From: Pseudomonadota bacterium
Lineage (GTDB): Bacteria; Pseudomonadota; Alphaproteobacteria; UBA2136; JAPKEQ01
DNA length: 64,000 nt
NCBI GenBank assembly: GCA_036141575.1
Contig: JAYZXF010000003.1
Span: forward strand, 166,598 to 230,597
Reading direction: 5' to 3'
Below, piece after piece: positions 1 through 9,341 of this stretch. The notes below the pieces were generated by a model. That model had not been told where the DNA came from, did no database searches, and saw nothing but the letters and a program-made list of their open reading frames with translations. Positions within the stretch are counted from its first letter, which is position 1. Each line of letters begins with the position of its first letter. The position numbers and the translations under genes were made by a program.

Positions 1-290
1 TTAAATTGGCGGTCTAGAACAACGTGTACAGCAATAGAGGCATGGTCTGTGCCTGGTTGGTACAGCGCATCAAAGCCTTTCATACGTGCACGACGTACAA
101 GCATATCTGGAAGTGTATTATCGAGAGCGTGCCCGACGTGAAGTGTCCCTGTGACGTTTGGAGGTGGCATCATAATCGCGTAAGGGTTCTTGTCGCCTGA
201 GACTTCTGGTTCAAAACAGTTGTCAGATTCCCAGTTTGCATAGAGCTTTTGCTCTACGCTAGACGCTTCATAATGTTTATCGAGTGCCAC
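1..290 (-). CDS. valS: valyl-tRNA synthetase, N-terminal fragment (runs off the window start)
   Basis: Minus-strand translation gives (M)ALDKHYEASSVEQKLYANWE...PYAIMMPPPNVTGTLHVGHALDNTLPDMLVRRARMKGFDALYQPGTDHASIAV, which contains the class I HIGH motif in a ValRS-like context. The likely start is GTG at 288-290 preceded by aggaag. Confidence 0.75.
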   Translation of the reverse strand, partial: MALDKHYEASSVEQKLYANWESDNCFEPEVSGDKNPYAIMMPPPNVTGTLHVGHALDNTLPDMLVRRARMKGFDALYQPGTDHASIAVHVVLDRQF

Positions 291-469
291 TTTTCCACTT
301 CCTTGTCATTAAATAGGTTTAAAACACGAAAAGAATAGCCGATTTATCAGAAAAAATCAGGCTTTTTTTACTGTATTTTCAGGGATTTTATTAAAAAGCA
401 ATATACTTAAATTTCGCTGAATCTTGCCGAAAGCTCATTTTGAAAAATAAGAAGAAGCATAAAGATAAA

Positions 470-592
470 AATTCGCTGATAGGTTAGCGAAAATTCTTCT
501 GTAGGAAGAGTGCAGGACGATGTGTATAAAATATACATGAGGACGAACCCTGCACTACAGAAGAATTTGCAGCACCTAGCAGTAGAGTTTTA
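470..592. repeat. ~122-nt structured intergenic element, copy A; two hairpins and a conserved tail that ends in the popZ stop codon
   Basis: Shares ttcgct..agcgaaaat, gatgtgtatNNNatacatga, tttgcag and agtaga(a/g)tttta with the copies at 18135-18256 and 55511-55632. The terminal tta is the TAA stop of the upstream minus-strand gene. Confidence 0.6.
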
Positions 593-1477
593 TTTGTCAG
601 CGAGCTTTTCTAGCTCTTCCTTTACAAGACGCTCTACAATTTCTGGAAGGTTGTTCTGAATCCAACCTTTTACGAGAGGACGCAGTGCTTCAGCCAACAC
701 TTCCATTGGAAAACCAACTTGCAGACCTTCTGCACTTGGCAGAGCATTGAGATGCTTATACTGCGCAGCCGCAACTCCCGCACCTGCAGTAGCTCCTTTA
801 AAGGCAGCAAGCACAGCTTCATCAGAAATTTCTTCAGCACCAATATCATCTAGAACCTCAGACATATCTTCTTCAGCTTCTGCCGCCTTGTAAGATTCCT
901 GCGCTTCTTCTACATCACTTGTGTTTGCAGGCTTTGTTTCGCCTGTTTGTTCAAAGTGATCCACATCTACAAAGTCATCATCTGCACTTGATTCTTCAGA
1001 TCCAATCTCATCGACAAGATCAAGAACATCGTCTTCGCTAACACCAGAATCTGCGGAAGCAGCTTCTTCTACAGAAGTTTCGCTCATAAGACCATCCATG
1101 GCATCATCAGCAGGTGCGTCACCAGATGCCGCTGCAGCTACAGCAGCAGCTTCCTCGGCAATAGCATCATCTACGTCTTCATTTTCAGCAACAGGGTGCA
1201 TATCTTCTTCAAATGCAGCAGAAGTATCATCAGATGTACCACCATCAACCTCTGTTGCACTCATAAGACTTTCATCAATATCACCTTCAGGAATAGCAGG
1301 AGATGCATCTTCTTCAGGCGCATCTTCCTCAATTTGCTCAGCAAGCATTTCCTCGGCAAGCGCCTCAGGATCTAGATCATCATCTTCTCTAGTTGTCTCT
1401 TCTTCAACAGTTTCACGAATCGAAGACAGAATGTCCTCAATAGACTCATCCGTAGGTTCAACAGGGTTATTTGTCAT
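590..1477 (-). CDS. popZ: PopZ-like polar organizing protein (DUF2497), 295 aa
   Basis: N-terminal helix EPTDESIEDILSSIRETV resembles the PopZ EPTMEEILASIRRI motif, followed by a long acidic Asp/Glu/Ala linker. The conserved C-terminal block is ...FPMEVLAEALRPLVKGWIQNNLPEIVERLVKEELEKL. Adjacency to valS matches Caulobacter. Confidence 0.7.
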   Translation of the reverse strand: MTNNPVEPTDESIEDILSSIRETVEEETTREDDDLDPEALAEEMLAEQIEEDAPEEDASPAIPEGDIDESLMSATEVDGGTSDDTSAAFEEDMHPVAENEDVDDAIAEEAAAVAAAASGDAPADDAMDGLMSETSVEEAASADSGVSEDDVLDLVDEIGSEESSADDDFVDVDHFEQTGETKPANTSDVEEAQESYKAAEAEEDMSEVLDDIGAEEISDEAVLAAFKGATAGAGVAAAQYKHLNALPSAEGLQVGFPMEVLAEALRPLVKGWIQNNLPEIVERLVKEELEKLADK

Positions 1478-1795
1478 GGGCTTTTATCTAAATTCTTATT
1501 ATTTGGCATTAAAGTATCAAAAACAAAACGCTAATGCCAGTGTTTTTAGCGTGTGGGTTGCCTTACAAGAGAATGATTAGGCTTTGCCTAACTTGTTTGG
1601 AATAAGTTTTTATTTTTTTGACAGGCGCTGAGTAGCTGTAACTACTTGAGTTCTGAAAAAAAACTAAAAAGTTGTCCAAAGCAACTCTCTGTAATGCAAG
1701 CACACAGATTTTCTCCATCTATCATAAAGGATAATGTATAATGAAACAATATAAGAAAATGTAAGAAGATCAACCTATGAAAGGTTAAGAATAAC

Positions 1796-2890
1796 GTGAA
1801 GAAAAACATTCATCATAACAATAACATCGAAGAACTTATCGATGGTAACCAACCCCTTCCAAAGAAAACAGCTGAAGAAGTAGCTAAACTTCTCACAGAT
1901 GGGGACCTAACAGGTTACGACAAAAAATTTATTAGCAACGTCGTATTAGAGCTGGCACATACTGCCAAAGTCTTTGATCCAATCCGTACGAGACCAAAGG
2001 TTTCCATTTTTGGTTCAGCACGTACAAAACCAGACCATCCAGATTACATTCTATGTAAAGAGTTTTCTAAACAGATGGCTGATCTTGACTACATGGTGAT
2101 TACAGGCGCAGGCCCAGGTATTATGGCTGCCGGTAATGAAGGCGCAGGTAAAGACCACGCCATTGGTCTAAACATTGATCTACCATTTGAGCAAAGTGCA
2201 AACGAGTTTATTCAAGATAGCCCGTACCTGATTACGTACCGCTACTTCTTTAACCGTAAGCTTACCTTTGTACGTGAAGCGGATGCGATTATCCTCTTCC
2301 CAGGCGGTGTTGGCACAATGGATGAAGGCTTTGAAGCCCTCACACTTATCCAAACAGGCCGTGCAATGCCTCAGCCGATTGTCCTTATGGATCACGAAGG
2401 CAGCAACTACTGGGAAAAATGGATTGAGTTTGTAAAAGAAGGCCTCCTTGCTAACGGCACAATTAGTCCAGAAGATATGTACCTGTTCCGTCATTTCCAT
2501 GACGTGGCTGATGCGGCGGACTACATTAATAACTTCTACCGTAGATACCACTCTCTGCGCTACTACAAGGATAAGGTAATCATTCGCTTGAACAGCCCAA
2601 TTCCGAAGGCGCTTCTGGATGATATCCGTGAAGAGTACAAGGACTTCCTTGGTGAATATGGTCTACAAGAAAGTGAAGCACTGGACGTTGAAAAGAACGA
2701 GCCAGATATCGCTCACCTTCCTCGCCTTATTATGCAAGCGCAGCGTGATAAGCCGGTAGACCTATACCGCCTCATCCGATCTCTCAACCGTGAAAACATT
2801 GAGAGTTCAACACGTAGGCAAGATCGCGATGAGCTGACACCACCACCTCCACGCCCTAAGCGTAACAAAGTTGGTGAAAACCGTAAGTAG
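1796..2890 (+). CDS. LOG-family (TIGR00730) nucleotide-binding protein / cytokinin riboside 5'-monophosphate phosphoribohydrolase-like, with a charged C-terminal extension
   Basis: Carries the PGGVGTMDE motif, an upstream GSAR.. motif and a Rossmann-like core. Total length 364 aa. Confidence 0.75.
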   Translation: MKKNIHHNNNIEELIDGNQPLPKKTAEEVAKLLTDGDLTGYDKKFISNVVLELAHTAKVFDPIRTRPKVSIFGSARTKPDHPDYILCKEFSKQMADLDYMVITGAGPGIMAAGNEGAGKDHAIGLNIDLPFEQSANEFIQDSPYLITYRYFFNRKLTFVREADAIILFPGGVGTMDEGFEALTLIQTGRAMPQPIVLMDHEGSNYWEKWIEFVKEGLLANGTISPEDMYLFRHFHDVADAADYINNFYRRYHSLRYYKDKVIIRLNSPIPKALLDDIREEYKDFLGEYGLQESEALDVEKNEPDIAHLPRLIMQAQRDKPVDLYRLIRSLNRENIESSTRRQDRDELTPPPPRPKRNKVGENRK

Positions 2891-2904
2891 GTTACAAAAC
2901 AGCA

Positions 2905-2932
2905 AAAAGCCCGCATGTGCGGGCTTTTTTAT
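2905..2932. terminator. Bidirectional rho-independent terminator
   Basis: aaagcccgcaTGTGcgggcttttttat sits between the convergent LOG (+) gene and the small membrane protein (-) gene. Confidence 0.7.
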
Positions 2933-2937
2933 ATCGA

Positions 2938-3261
2938 TTAATCTTTTGGTTTGCTCTGGGCTGCAATTTCATCAAGTGTTTGACGTACTTTTTTTGCAGC
3001 AGCTTCCATCTCTGCTTCAGTCGGGTTATACCCCTGCTCTCTCATCCGCACCTCCATACGTTTATGAGATTCTTCAAAACGTTTGGAAGAAGCATTTATA
3101 CGCATCCGCAGGCGAATTCCGATAATAGACATCACAAACAAAAAGAGAGTCATAGGAATACCAATGACCAAAGCAATGATCGGCGCCCCAACCATAAAGT
3201 TATACGCAGTCATTACGCCTATCAGGAATGAGCCAAGCAACATAAAAATATAGATACCCAT
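2938..3261 (-). CDS. Small membrane protein, 2 TM helices, charged C-terminus
   Basis: ORF of 107 aa with hydrophobic N-terminal segments. No recognisable family. Confidence 0.45.
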   Translation of the reverse strand: MGIYIFMLLGSFLIGVMTAYNFMVGAPIIALVIGIPMTLFLFVMSIIGIRLRMRINASSKRFEESHKRMEVRMREQGYNPTEAEMEAAAKKVRQTLDEIAAQSKPKD

Positions 3262-3345
3262 AACAGGCCTCCAAAAAACAGAAAAAGGATAGATGAAGTT
3301 TCCCTCAATCTATCCTTTCAATTCATTGCATACAAGGAAAAAAGC

Positions 3346-4698
3346 TTATCCCTGAATTTGCTCCGTCAGCTGACCAAGCTTCCCATCCACAAGCGCCATG
3401 TCCTCTGCTTCCACCATCACACGAACAAGCGGCTCAGTCCCAGACTTACGCACAAGCACACGACCTTTACCTGCAAGCTCCTTTTCAGCAGCTTCCACAG
3501 CTGTGCGTGTCTTATCGCTGTTCATCAGTTCAGCAGCAGCATCAAAGTTTGCAAGGCGAATATTATTCATCTTCTGCGGGAATGCTTTAAATGTTGAACC
3601 AAGTACAGAGGCTCTTGCGCCTTCTGTCTTCATTACTTCTAGGAATTTAAGCGCAGCCAGAAGGCCATCACCTGTTGTAGCATAATCAGAAAGGATCAGG
3701 TGACCACTTGCTTCACCACCAAAGTTGTAACCATCACGACGCATCGCTTCCATAACGTAGCGGTCACCCACTTGTGTACGAACCAGCTCAAGGCCGTTAT
3801 CATTCAAATGCTTCTCAAGTCCCATGTTACTCATTTGCGTCGCAACAACACCGCCCCCTTTGAGCAGGCCATGCTTATGCATATACGACCCTACAGCAGC
3901 CATAATTTGGTCGCCATCAATTACCTGACCTTTTTCATCACAAATAATGAGACGGTCTCCATCACCATCAAGAGCAATACCAATATCTGCACCATGAGCT
4001 TTAATATGAGACGCCATATTCTCAGGGTGCAGCGCACCACATTCACGGTTAATGTTGAACCCATCTGGCTCAGTACCCAGGCGAATCACCTGCGCACCAA
4101 GTTCCCAGAAGAGTTTGCTCGCAACTTTGTAAGTGGCACCATTGGCGGCGTCCACAACAATGCGCATACCTGTCAGATCAAGATTGCCATCTACACTATT
4201 CTTACAGAACTCCATGTAACGGCCTGTCGCATCATCAATACGTACCGCTTTACCAATTTGGTCAGGGGCCGCAAGCACGGGCGGCATATCATCAATCAAG
4301 GCTTCTAGCTCAGTTTCATTTGCATCACTCAGCTTAAACCCATCAGGGCCAAACAGCTTAATCCCATTATCTTGGAACGGATTGTGTGAAGCAGAAATCA
4401 TCACACCAAGGTCAGCGCGCATACTACGCGTCAGGTAAGCCACTGCTGGCGTTGGCATGGGGCCAACAAGCAAACAGTTAAACCCAACACTGGTAAAGCC
4501 TGCCACAAGCGCATACTCAAACATATAACCGCTTAGGCGCACATCCTTACCAATCAGTACTGTTGGCTTCGGGTGATGGCTTTTACGTTTAAAATAATGA
4601 CCAGCCGCCTGCCCGACACGTAGAGCCAAGTCAGGCGTCATAAACCCTTCATTGGCTGTACCGCGGATACCGTCTGTTCCAAAATATTTACGAGACAT
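3346..4698 (-). CDS. glmM: Phosphoglucosamine mutase
   Basis: N-terminal FGTDGIRG motif, SASHNP phosphoserine loop, 450 aa. Its start overlaps the ftsH stop, the usual ftsH-glmM synteny. Confidence 0.9.
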   Translation of the reverse strand: MSRKYFGTDGIRGTANEGFMTPDLALRVGQAAGHYFKRKSHHPKPTVLIGKDVRLSGYMFEYALVAGFTSVGFNCLLVGPMPTPAVAYLTRSMRADLGVMISASHNPFQDNGIKLFGPDGFKLSDANETELEALIDDMPPVLAAPDQIGKAVRIDDATGRYMEFCKNSVDGNLDLTGMRIVVDAANGATYKVASKLFWELGAQVIRLGTEPDGFNINRECGALHPENMASHIKAHGADIGIALDGDGDRLIICDEKGQVIDGDQIMAAVGSYMHKHGLLKGGGVVATQMSNMGLEKHLNDNGLELVRTQVGDRYVMEAMRRDGYNFGGEASGHLILSDYATTGDGLLAALKFLEVMKTEGARASVLGSTFKAFPQKMNNIRLANFDAAAELMNSDKTRTAVEAAEKELAGKGRVLVRKSGTEPLVRVMVEAEDMALVDGKLGQLTEQIQG

Positions 4699-6647
4699 TA
4701 TTTGTCCTCACTCTCTTTCTTTGCAGCAGGCTTTTTAGCAGGTGCTTTTTTAGCTGCTGTTTTCTTCGGAGCCGCTTTCTTTGCTGGAGCTTTCTTCTCG
4801 CCTTCAGCCGTGTCAGCTGTTTTCTTCTTGCGTGTGCTTGGCGCCTTCTTAGCGATAATCTTCTTACCAGCAAACAAGTCTTTGACTTGGTCACCATCAA
4901 GCGTCTCATGCTCAAGAAGTGCGTCAGCAAGGTCATGAAGCTTCTTCTCATGTTTCTTAAGAAGTTTCTCAGCAACGTCATACTGTTCATGAATGATTGT
5001 TTCAATCGTCTCATCCACTTCGCTCGCCATACGCTCACTCATGTTTTTACGAGACCCAAGATCACGACCTAGGAATACGTCTGATTCATTCTCACCGTAG
5101 TTAATTGGACCAAGCTTACTCATACCCCAGCTACATACCATCTTACGGGCAAGACCTGTCGCACGCTCAATATCGTTACTTGCGCCCGTTGTAAACTGGC
5201 CAAGAATAATATCTTCCGCAATACGACCACCCATCAGCATCGCAATTTGGTTTTCTAGGTATTTCTTGTCGTATGTCACTTTATCTTCTGAAGGAAGGCT
5301 CATCGTTACACCCAGCGCGCGGCCGCGTGGAATGATTGTCACCTTATGCAGAGGATCTGTTGGGCCTTCAAGGTAAAGGCCAAGAATCGCGTGGCCTGCC
5401 TCGTGGTAAGCCGTTGTCTTCTTCTGATCGTCCGTCATCACCGCACTACGACGCTCAGGCCCCATCATCACTTTATCTTTTGCAGACTCAAAATCATCCA
5501 TATCCACAAGACGCTTGTTACGACGTGCAGCCATCAGCGCTGCTTCATTCACAAGGTTTGCAAGGTCAGCACCACTAAAGCCCGGTGTACCACGTGCAAT
5601 AACCTCAGCATCCACGTCACTTGCCGCAGGAATCTTCTGCATGTGTACGTCAAGGATCATGGTACGGCCCTTAATGTCTGGTAGAGGCACAGTCACTTGA
5701 CGGTCAAAACGACCAGGACGTAGAAGCGCAGGGTCAAGTACGTCTGGGCGGTTTGTTGCCGCAATCAGAATCACGCCCTCGTTTGCACTAAAGCCGTCCA
5801 TCTCAACAAGCATTTGGTTAAGCGTTTGCTCACGCTCATCGTTACCACCACCAAGACCTGCACCACGGTGACGACCAACCGCATCAATCTCATCAATAAA
5901 GATAATGCAAGGTGCGTTCTTTTTACCTTGTTCAAATAGGTCACGTACACGCGCCGCACCGACACCAACAAACATTTCTACAAAGTCTGAACCTGAAATC
6001 GTAAAGAACGGGACACCCGCCTCACCTGCAACAGAACGTGCAAGAAGCGTTTTACCTGTTCCTGGAGGGCCCACAAGAAGCACACCCTTTGGAATCTTAC
6101 CACCAAGTTTTGTGTATTTTGTTGGGTCTTTTAGGAAGTCCACAACTTCAGCAAGTTCTTCTTTGGCCTCATCCACACCAGCCACGTCATCAAATGTCAC
6201 GCGCTGGTCGTTTTGGTTCAGCATTGTGGCACGAGATTTACCAAAGCTCATCGCCTTACCGCCGCCCTGTACTTGCTTCATCAGGAACATGAAAATCACA
6301 ATAAAGATTACAAGTGGAATTGAGTTCACAAGAATCGCCGTAAGAATTGATGGCTGATTCGCACTGTTATCCACCTTAATGTTCACACCATTCTCACGGA
6401 GCTGCTTCACAAGTTCGTTATCTCTTGGCGCTGTTGTTGAAACTTTTTCACCAGATGCAGCTGTACCAATCAGCTTATCACCTTGAATTTCAACACCGCT
6501 CAGAGTGCGAGACTCGACAAGACCAAGAAACTCAGAGTAACTCACCTCATTTTGGTTCATTGCACTGTTTTGTGAAATATTGAAAAGCAATAGAGCTGCA
6601 AGCGCAAAAGCCGCCCAGCCTAGAGCATTTTTACCGAACTGATTCAA
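4698..6647 (-). CDS. ftsH: ATP-dependent zinc metalloprotease FtsH
   Basis: Two N-terminal TM helices, Walker [12 protein letters not shown] motif and HEAGH zinc site. Length 649 aa with a Lys/Ala-rich C-terminal tail. Confidence 0.95.
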   Translation of the reverse strand: MNQFGKNALGWAAFALAALLLFNISQNSAMNQNEVSYSEFLGLVESRTLSGVEIQGDKLIGTAASGEKVSTTAPRDNELVKQLRENGVNIKVDNSANQPSILTAILVNSIPLVIFIVIFMFLMKQVQGGGKAMSFGKSRATMLNQNDQRVTFDDVAGVDEAKEELAEVVDFLKDPTKYTKLGGKIPKGVLLVGPPGTGKTLLARSVAGEAGVPFFTISGSDFVEMFVGVGAARVRDLFEQGKKNAPCIIFIDEIDAVGRHRGAGLGGGNDEREQTLNQMLVEMDGFSANEGVILIAATNRPDVLDPALLRPGRFDRQVTVPLPDIKGRTMILDVHMQKIPAASDVDAEVIARGTPGFSGADLANLVNEAALMAARRNKRLVDMDDFESAKDKVMMGPERRSAVMTDDQKKTTAYHEAGHAILGLYLEGPTDPLHKVTIIPRGRALGVTMSLPSEDKVTYDKKYLENQIAMLMGGRIAEDIILGQFTTGASNDIERATGLARKMVCSWGMSKLGPINYGENESDVFLGRDLGSRKNMSERMASEVDETIETIIHEQYDVAEKLLKKHEKKLHDLADALLEHETLDGDQVKDLFAGKKIIAKKAPSTRKKKTADTAEGEKKAPAKKAAPKKTAAKKAPAKKPAAKKESEDK

Positions 6648-6867
6648 AGATCAAACTCCTTCGTGTGTAATGTTATTATTATATTTTTCCAATAAATACC
6701 TGAAGGAGGCTATTTATTGAAAACACATCGCTCGCATTGGCGCAAAAGCGCGGTTTTGCTAAATGCTCACGCGTGGCTGTGGCAATACATGCCCCAGCAC
6801 ATTTGGTTTAGTAACCTAATGTGTTCCTTGCATCATAGCCCTGCAGGCCCCTAGATGCAACTATTTG

Positions 6868-7827
6868 TCACCCGTTTTCGCGAGAAATAGTACAGATTCC
6901 GTACTCGTTAGATTCAAAGACAATACCGCCGAGAGTACGCTTTGCTTTTCCAGTAGAAAGCGCCCCTATCAAACGCTGCTTTTTCTCTGTTCTTGGCGGA
7001 TAAGGCTCTCCGCCCCAGTTCACGCACTGATCAATCACGCGGAACTGAATCTCAAGCGGAAGCTCTAAAAACTCATTCATATGGAAGGTGCACTCTGCTT
7101 TCATATGGCTGACTGAAGCCTTCCAAAACTGCTCCGCCCACTGCTCTAATGCATTGTTTGCGCGCGCAACTGAGTGGGCACTCGCCACAAGAGAATCAGA
7201 ATTTAAAACATTATTTTCAGAATCTTGAAGAAATTTTCTCATCTTAATTCTTAAGAAAGACTCATCCTCATTACTTGGATCTTCACACCATTTATATGGC
7301 CCAGACGATAAATACTCACGCAGTTCATTGCGGCTTACATCTAACAATGGGCGAGTAAAACTTAAACCGTAACGCTCAAAGCTTTCAGCCATGGCACTTA
7401 GGCCCTTAACCCCTGCCCCTTTATTCAGACGCATCAGGAATGTTTCAGCCACATCATCTTTGGTATGCGCCAACCATACATGCTGCACAGAGGCGTCCTC
7501 TGCCATTTCCCTGAAAGATTCATAACGAGAGACCCTGCCATGTGCTTGCAGATTTGTTTGATCCTTAGAGAGATGAGAAAGCTCTCTTTTATAAAAGGAG
7601 ACATTATGCTCTGCACAGAGACTTTCTACAAATTTCGCCTCATCAATTGCCTCACTCCTAAGGCCATGGTTCACATGAAAAACAACAAGCTTTTCTACGG
7701 GAAGAACTTCCAAAGCCAAATGGAGCATGGCCACAGAATCCCCGCCACCAGAAACAGCAAGCGCCACCTTCTGTTCAGGTGGCGCAAACTGAATAAGCTT
7801 ATCTGTGAGAGACTTAAAGGGCATCAA
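6868..7827 (-). CDS. tilS: tRNA(Ile)-lysidine synthetase
   Basis: PP-loop SGGGDS near the N-terminus. Position between cpoB and ftsH. Confidence 0.8.
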   Translation of the reverse strand: MMPFKSLTDKLIQFAPPEQKVALAVSGGGDSVAMLHLALEVLPVEKLVVFHVNHGLRSEAIDEAKFVESLCAEHNVSFYKRELSHLSKDQTNLQAHGRVSRYESFREMAEDASVQHVWLAHTKDDVAETFLMRLNKGAGVKGLSAMAESFERYGLSFTRPLLDVSRNELREYLSSGPYKWCEDPSNEDESFLRIKMRKFLQDSENNVLNSDSLVASAHSVARANNALEQWAEQFWKASVSHMKAECTFHMNEFLELPLEIQFRVIDQCVNWGGEPYPPRTEKKQRLIGALSTGKAKRTLGGIVFESNEYGICTISRENG

Positions 7828-8632
7828 GCTCCTGTCTCGCCTCGTCAGCTTCCTCGCTGTTTGGATAATCTTCTACAAGTTTCTGCCATGACCCGCGCGC
7901 CATGTCAGCTTGCTCAAGTTGCTTGAAAGCGTAGCCCATCTTCAGGAGATTTGAAGAGGCCTTCTCACCACTTGGTGCTTTTGTTAGACCTGTAGAAAAA
8001 GCAACAGCCGCCTTCTCTGGGTTATCTTGTACCAAGTACACTTCACCAAGCCAGTAGAACGCTTCCCCTGCCATTTCATCGTCAGGATAAACTTCTGTAA
8101 ATTCCTTAAATGAAGTCAAAGCATCCGCGTATGATGCACGTGTAATCGCGTCATAACCTTTATCAAAAAGCTCTTTTGCTGAAAGCTTAGATGTCTTCTT
8201 CATTTCAGGTTCTGCATCAATGTTAGCATTTAGAAGCTCAGAGATTTCATCACTCGTGCCACCATGCTTACTTTCCATGGTTTTCTTCAACATCATTTTT
8301 CCCGCAATTGCGTTCTCAATATCCTGAAGGCGTAAATCATTATCTTCAGCAAGCTTTTCTAGCTTTTCCGCAAGACCTTTAACCGTATTACCAAGCTCTT
8401 CTACTGCACCGTAAACCTGGCGAGATTCTTCTTCTAGAATTTGTAGACGTGCCTCAAAATCAGCAAGTAGCGAACCACTTGGCGCAGCGTCACCAGTAGA
8501 ATTTGTGTTTGAAAAGAGTTTTTGCTCTAGCACCATAAGACGCTGTTCCAAACGTTCCGTGTTAGCATCTTGTCCGTAAGCTGCTGTAGTAGCAAGCAAA
8601 CCAAGTGAAATAGCTAGAATCTTATTTTTCAT
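7814..8632 (-). CDS. cpoB: Tol-Pal system protein YbgF/CpoB
   Basis: Signal peptide, coiled-coil N-domain, C-terminal TPR-like repeats. Lies immediately downstream of pal. Confidence 0.75.
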   Translation of the reverse strand: MKNKILAISLGLLATTAAYGQDANTERLEQRLMVLEQKLFSNTNSTGDAAPSGSLLADFEARLQILEEESRQVYGAVEELGNTVKGLAEKLEKLAEDNDLRLQDIENAIAGKMMLKKTMESKHGGTSDEISELLNANIDAEPEMKKTSKLSAKELFDKGYDAITRASYADALTSFKEFTEVYPDDEMAGEAFYWLGEVYLVQDNPEKAAVAFSTGLTKAPSGEKASSNLLKMGYAFKQLEQADMARGSWQKLVEDYPNSEEADEARQELDAL

Positions 8633-8724
8633 TATTTTTTATCCTTGTATCAGCAGATGTAAGATGACGATACAAAAAAGGGCTTGTTATGACAAGCCCT
8701 TTTCTAAATGCGTTGTGCTACAAA

Positions 8725-9231
8725 TTATTTTGTAACAAGCATAGCACGGCGGTTTTTCGCCCAAGCTGCAGCGTTGTGAGCAGTGTCCATTGGACGCTCT
8801 TTACCAAAGCTTACTGTGCTAATCATCTTAGAATCCATACCAAGACCTACAAGGTAACGCTTCACGCTGTTTGCACGACGCTCACCTAGAGCAAGGTTGT
8901 ATTCACGAGTACCGCGCTCATCACAGTGGCCTTCAACAACAACGTTCTTGATGCCAGCTTTTTTAGCGTGGCTAGCGAACATGTTTAGGTTCTTGCGAGC
9001 TTCTGAGCTTAGAGTTGAAGAGTCGTAACCGAAGTTAACCATTTTGTAGTTAGCAGCCATCTTCATGTCACGGTTCGTGTCTACAACCATAGTATCAGCG
9101 TAGTCACCATCGTGAACAGTTGGAAGGTTAGTTGCGCTAGCACCTACTGGCTCATCTTCAACGTTTGAGCACGCTGAGCAACCTGAAAGTACAACAACTG
9201 CACCAGCCATAAGTACGAAATTTTTAAGCAT
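8725..9231 (-). CDS. pal: Peptidoglycan-associated lipoprotein Pal (OmpA-like)
   Basis: Lipoprotein signal MLKNFVLMAGAVVVLSGCS and an OmpA_C peptidoglycan-binding domain (NLALGERRANSV...). The start is taken at the internal Met preceding the lipobox. Confidence 0.85.
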   Translation of the reverse strand: MLKNFVLMAGAVVVLSGCSACSNVEDEPVGASATNLPTVHDGDYADTMVVDTNRDMKMAANYKMVNFGYDSSTLSSEARKNLNMFASHAKKAGIKNVVVEGHCDERGTREYNLALGERRANSVKRYLVGLGMDSKMISTVSFGKERPMDTAHNAAAWAKNRRAMLVTK

Positions 9232-9341
9232 TTTTATATCTTTCTTTACCGTTATCACCATATTTGCGAAACCATTAGGTGCCACATTAACATAAGCCTA
9301 TGCATATGCAAGCCTTTTTAGAAAAGGTATGCAAAGGGATT

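Noticed and set aside
540-580. Sigma-54 promoter (-24/-12) within the repeated element, suggested by ctgcac...tttgcag
   Set aside because: The spacing between the GG-like and GC elements is ~17 nt in every copy, not the 10-nt spacing required for TGGCAC-N5-TTGCA.
1098-1580. A 160-aa Ser/Ala-rich plus-strand ORF overlapping popZ
   Set aside because: It is antisense to the acidic Glu/Asp/Ala linker of the PopZ-like gene. GAA/GAT/GCT codons read as Ser/Ala on the opposite strand. It has no RBS or independent support.
3700-4308. A 202-aa plus-strand ORF antisense to glmM, and similar antisense ORFs in ftsH, alaS, pdh and lapB
   Set aside because: Each overlaps a confidently assigned conserved gene on the other strand, and none has a recognisable motif.
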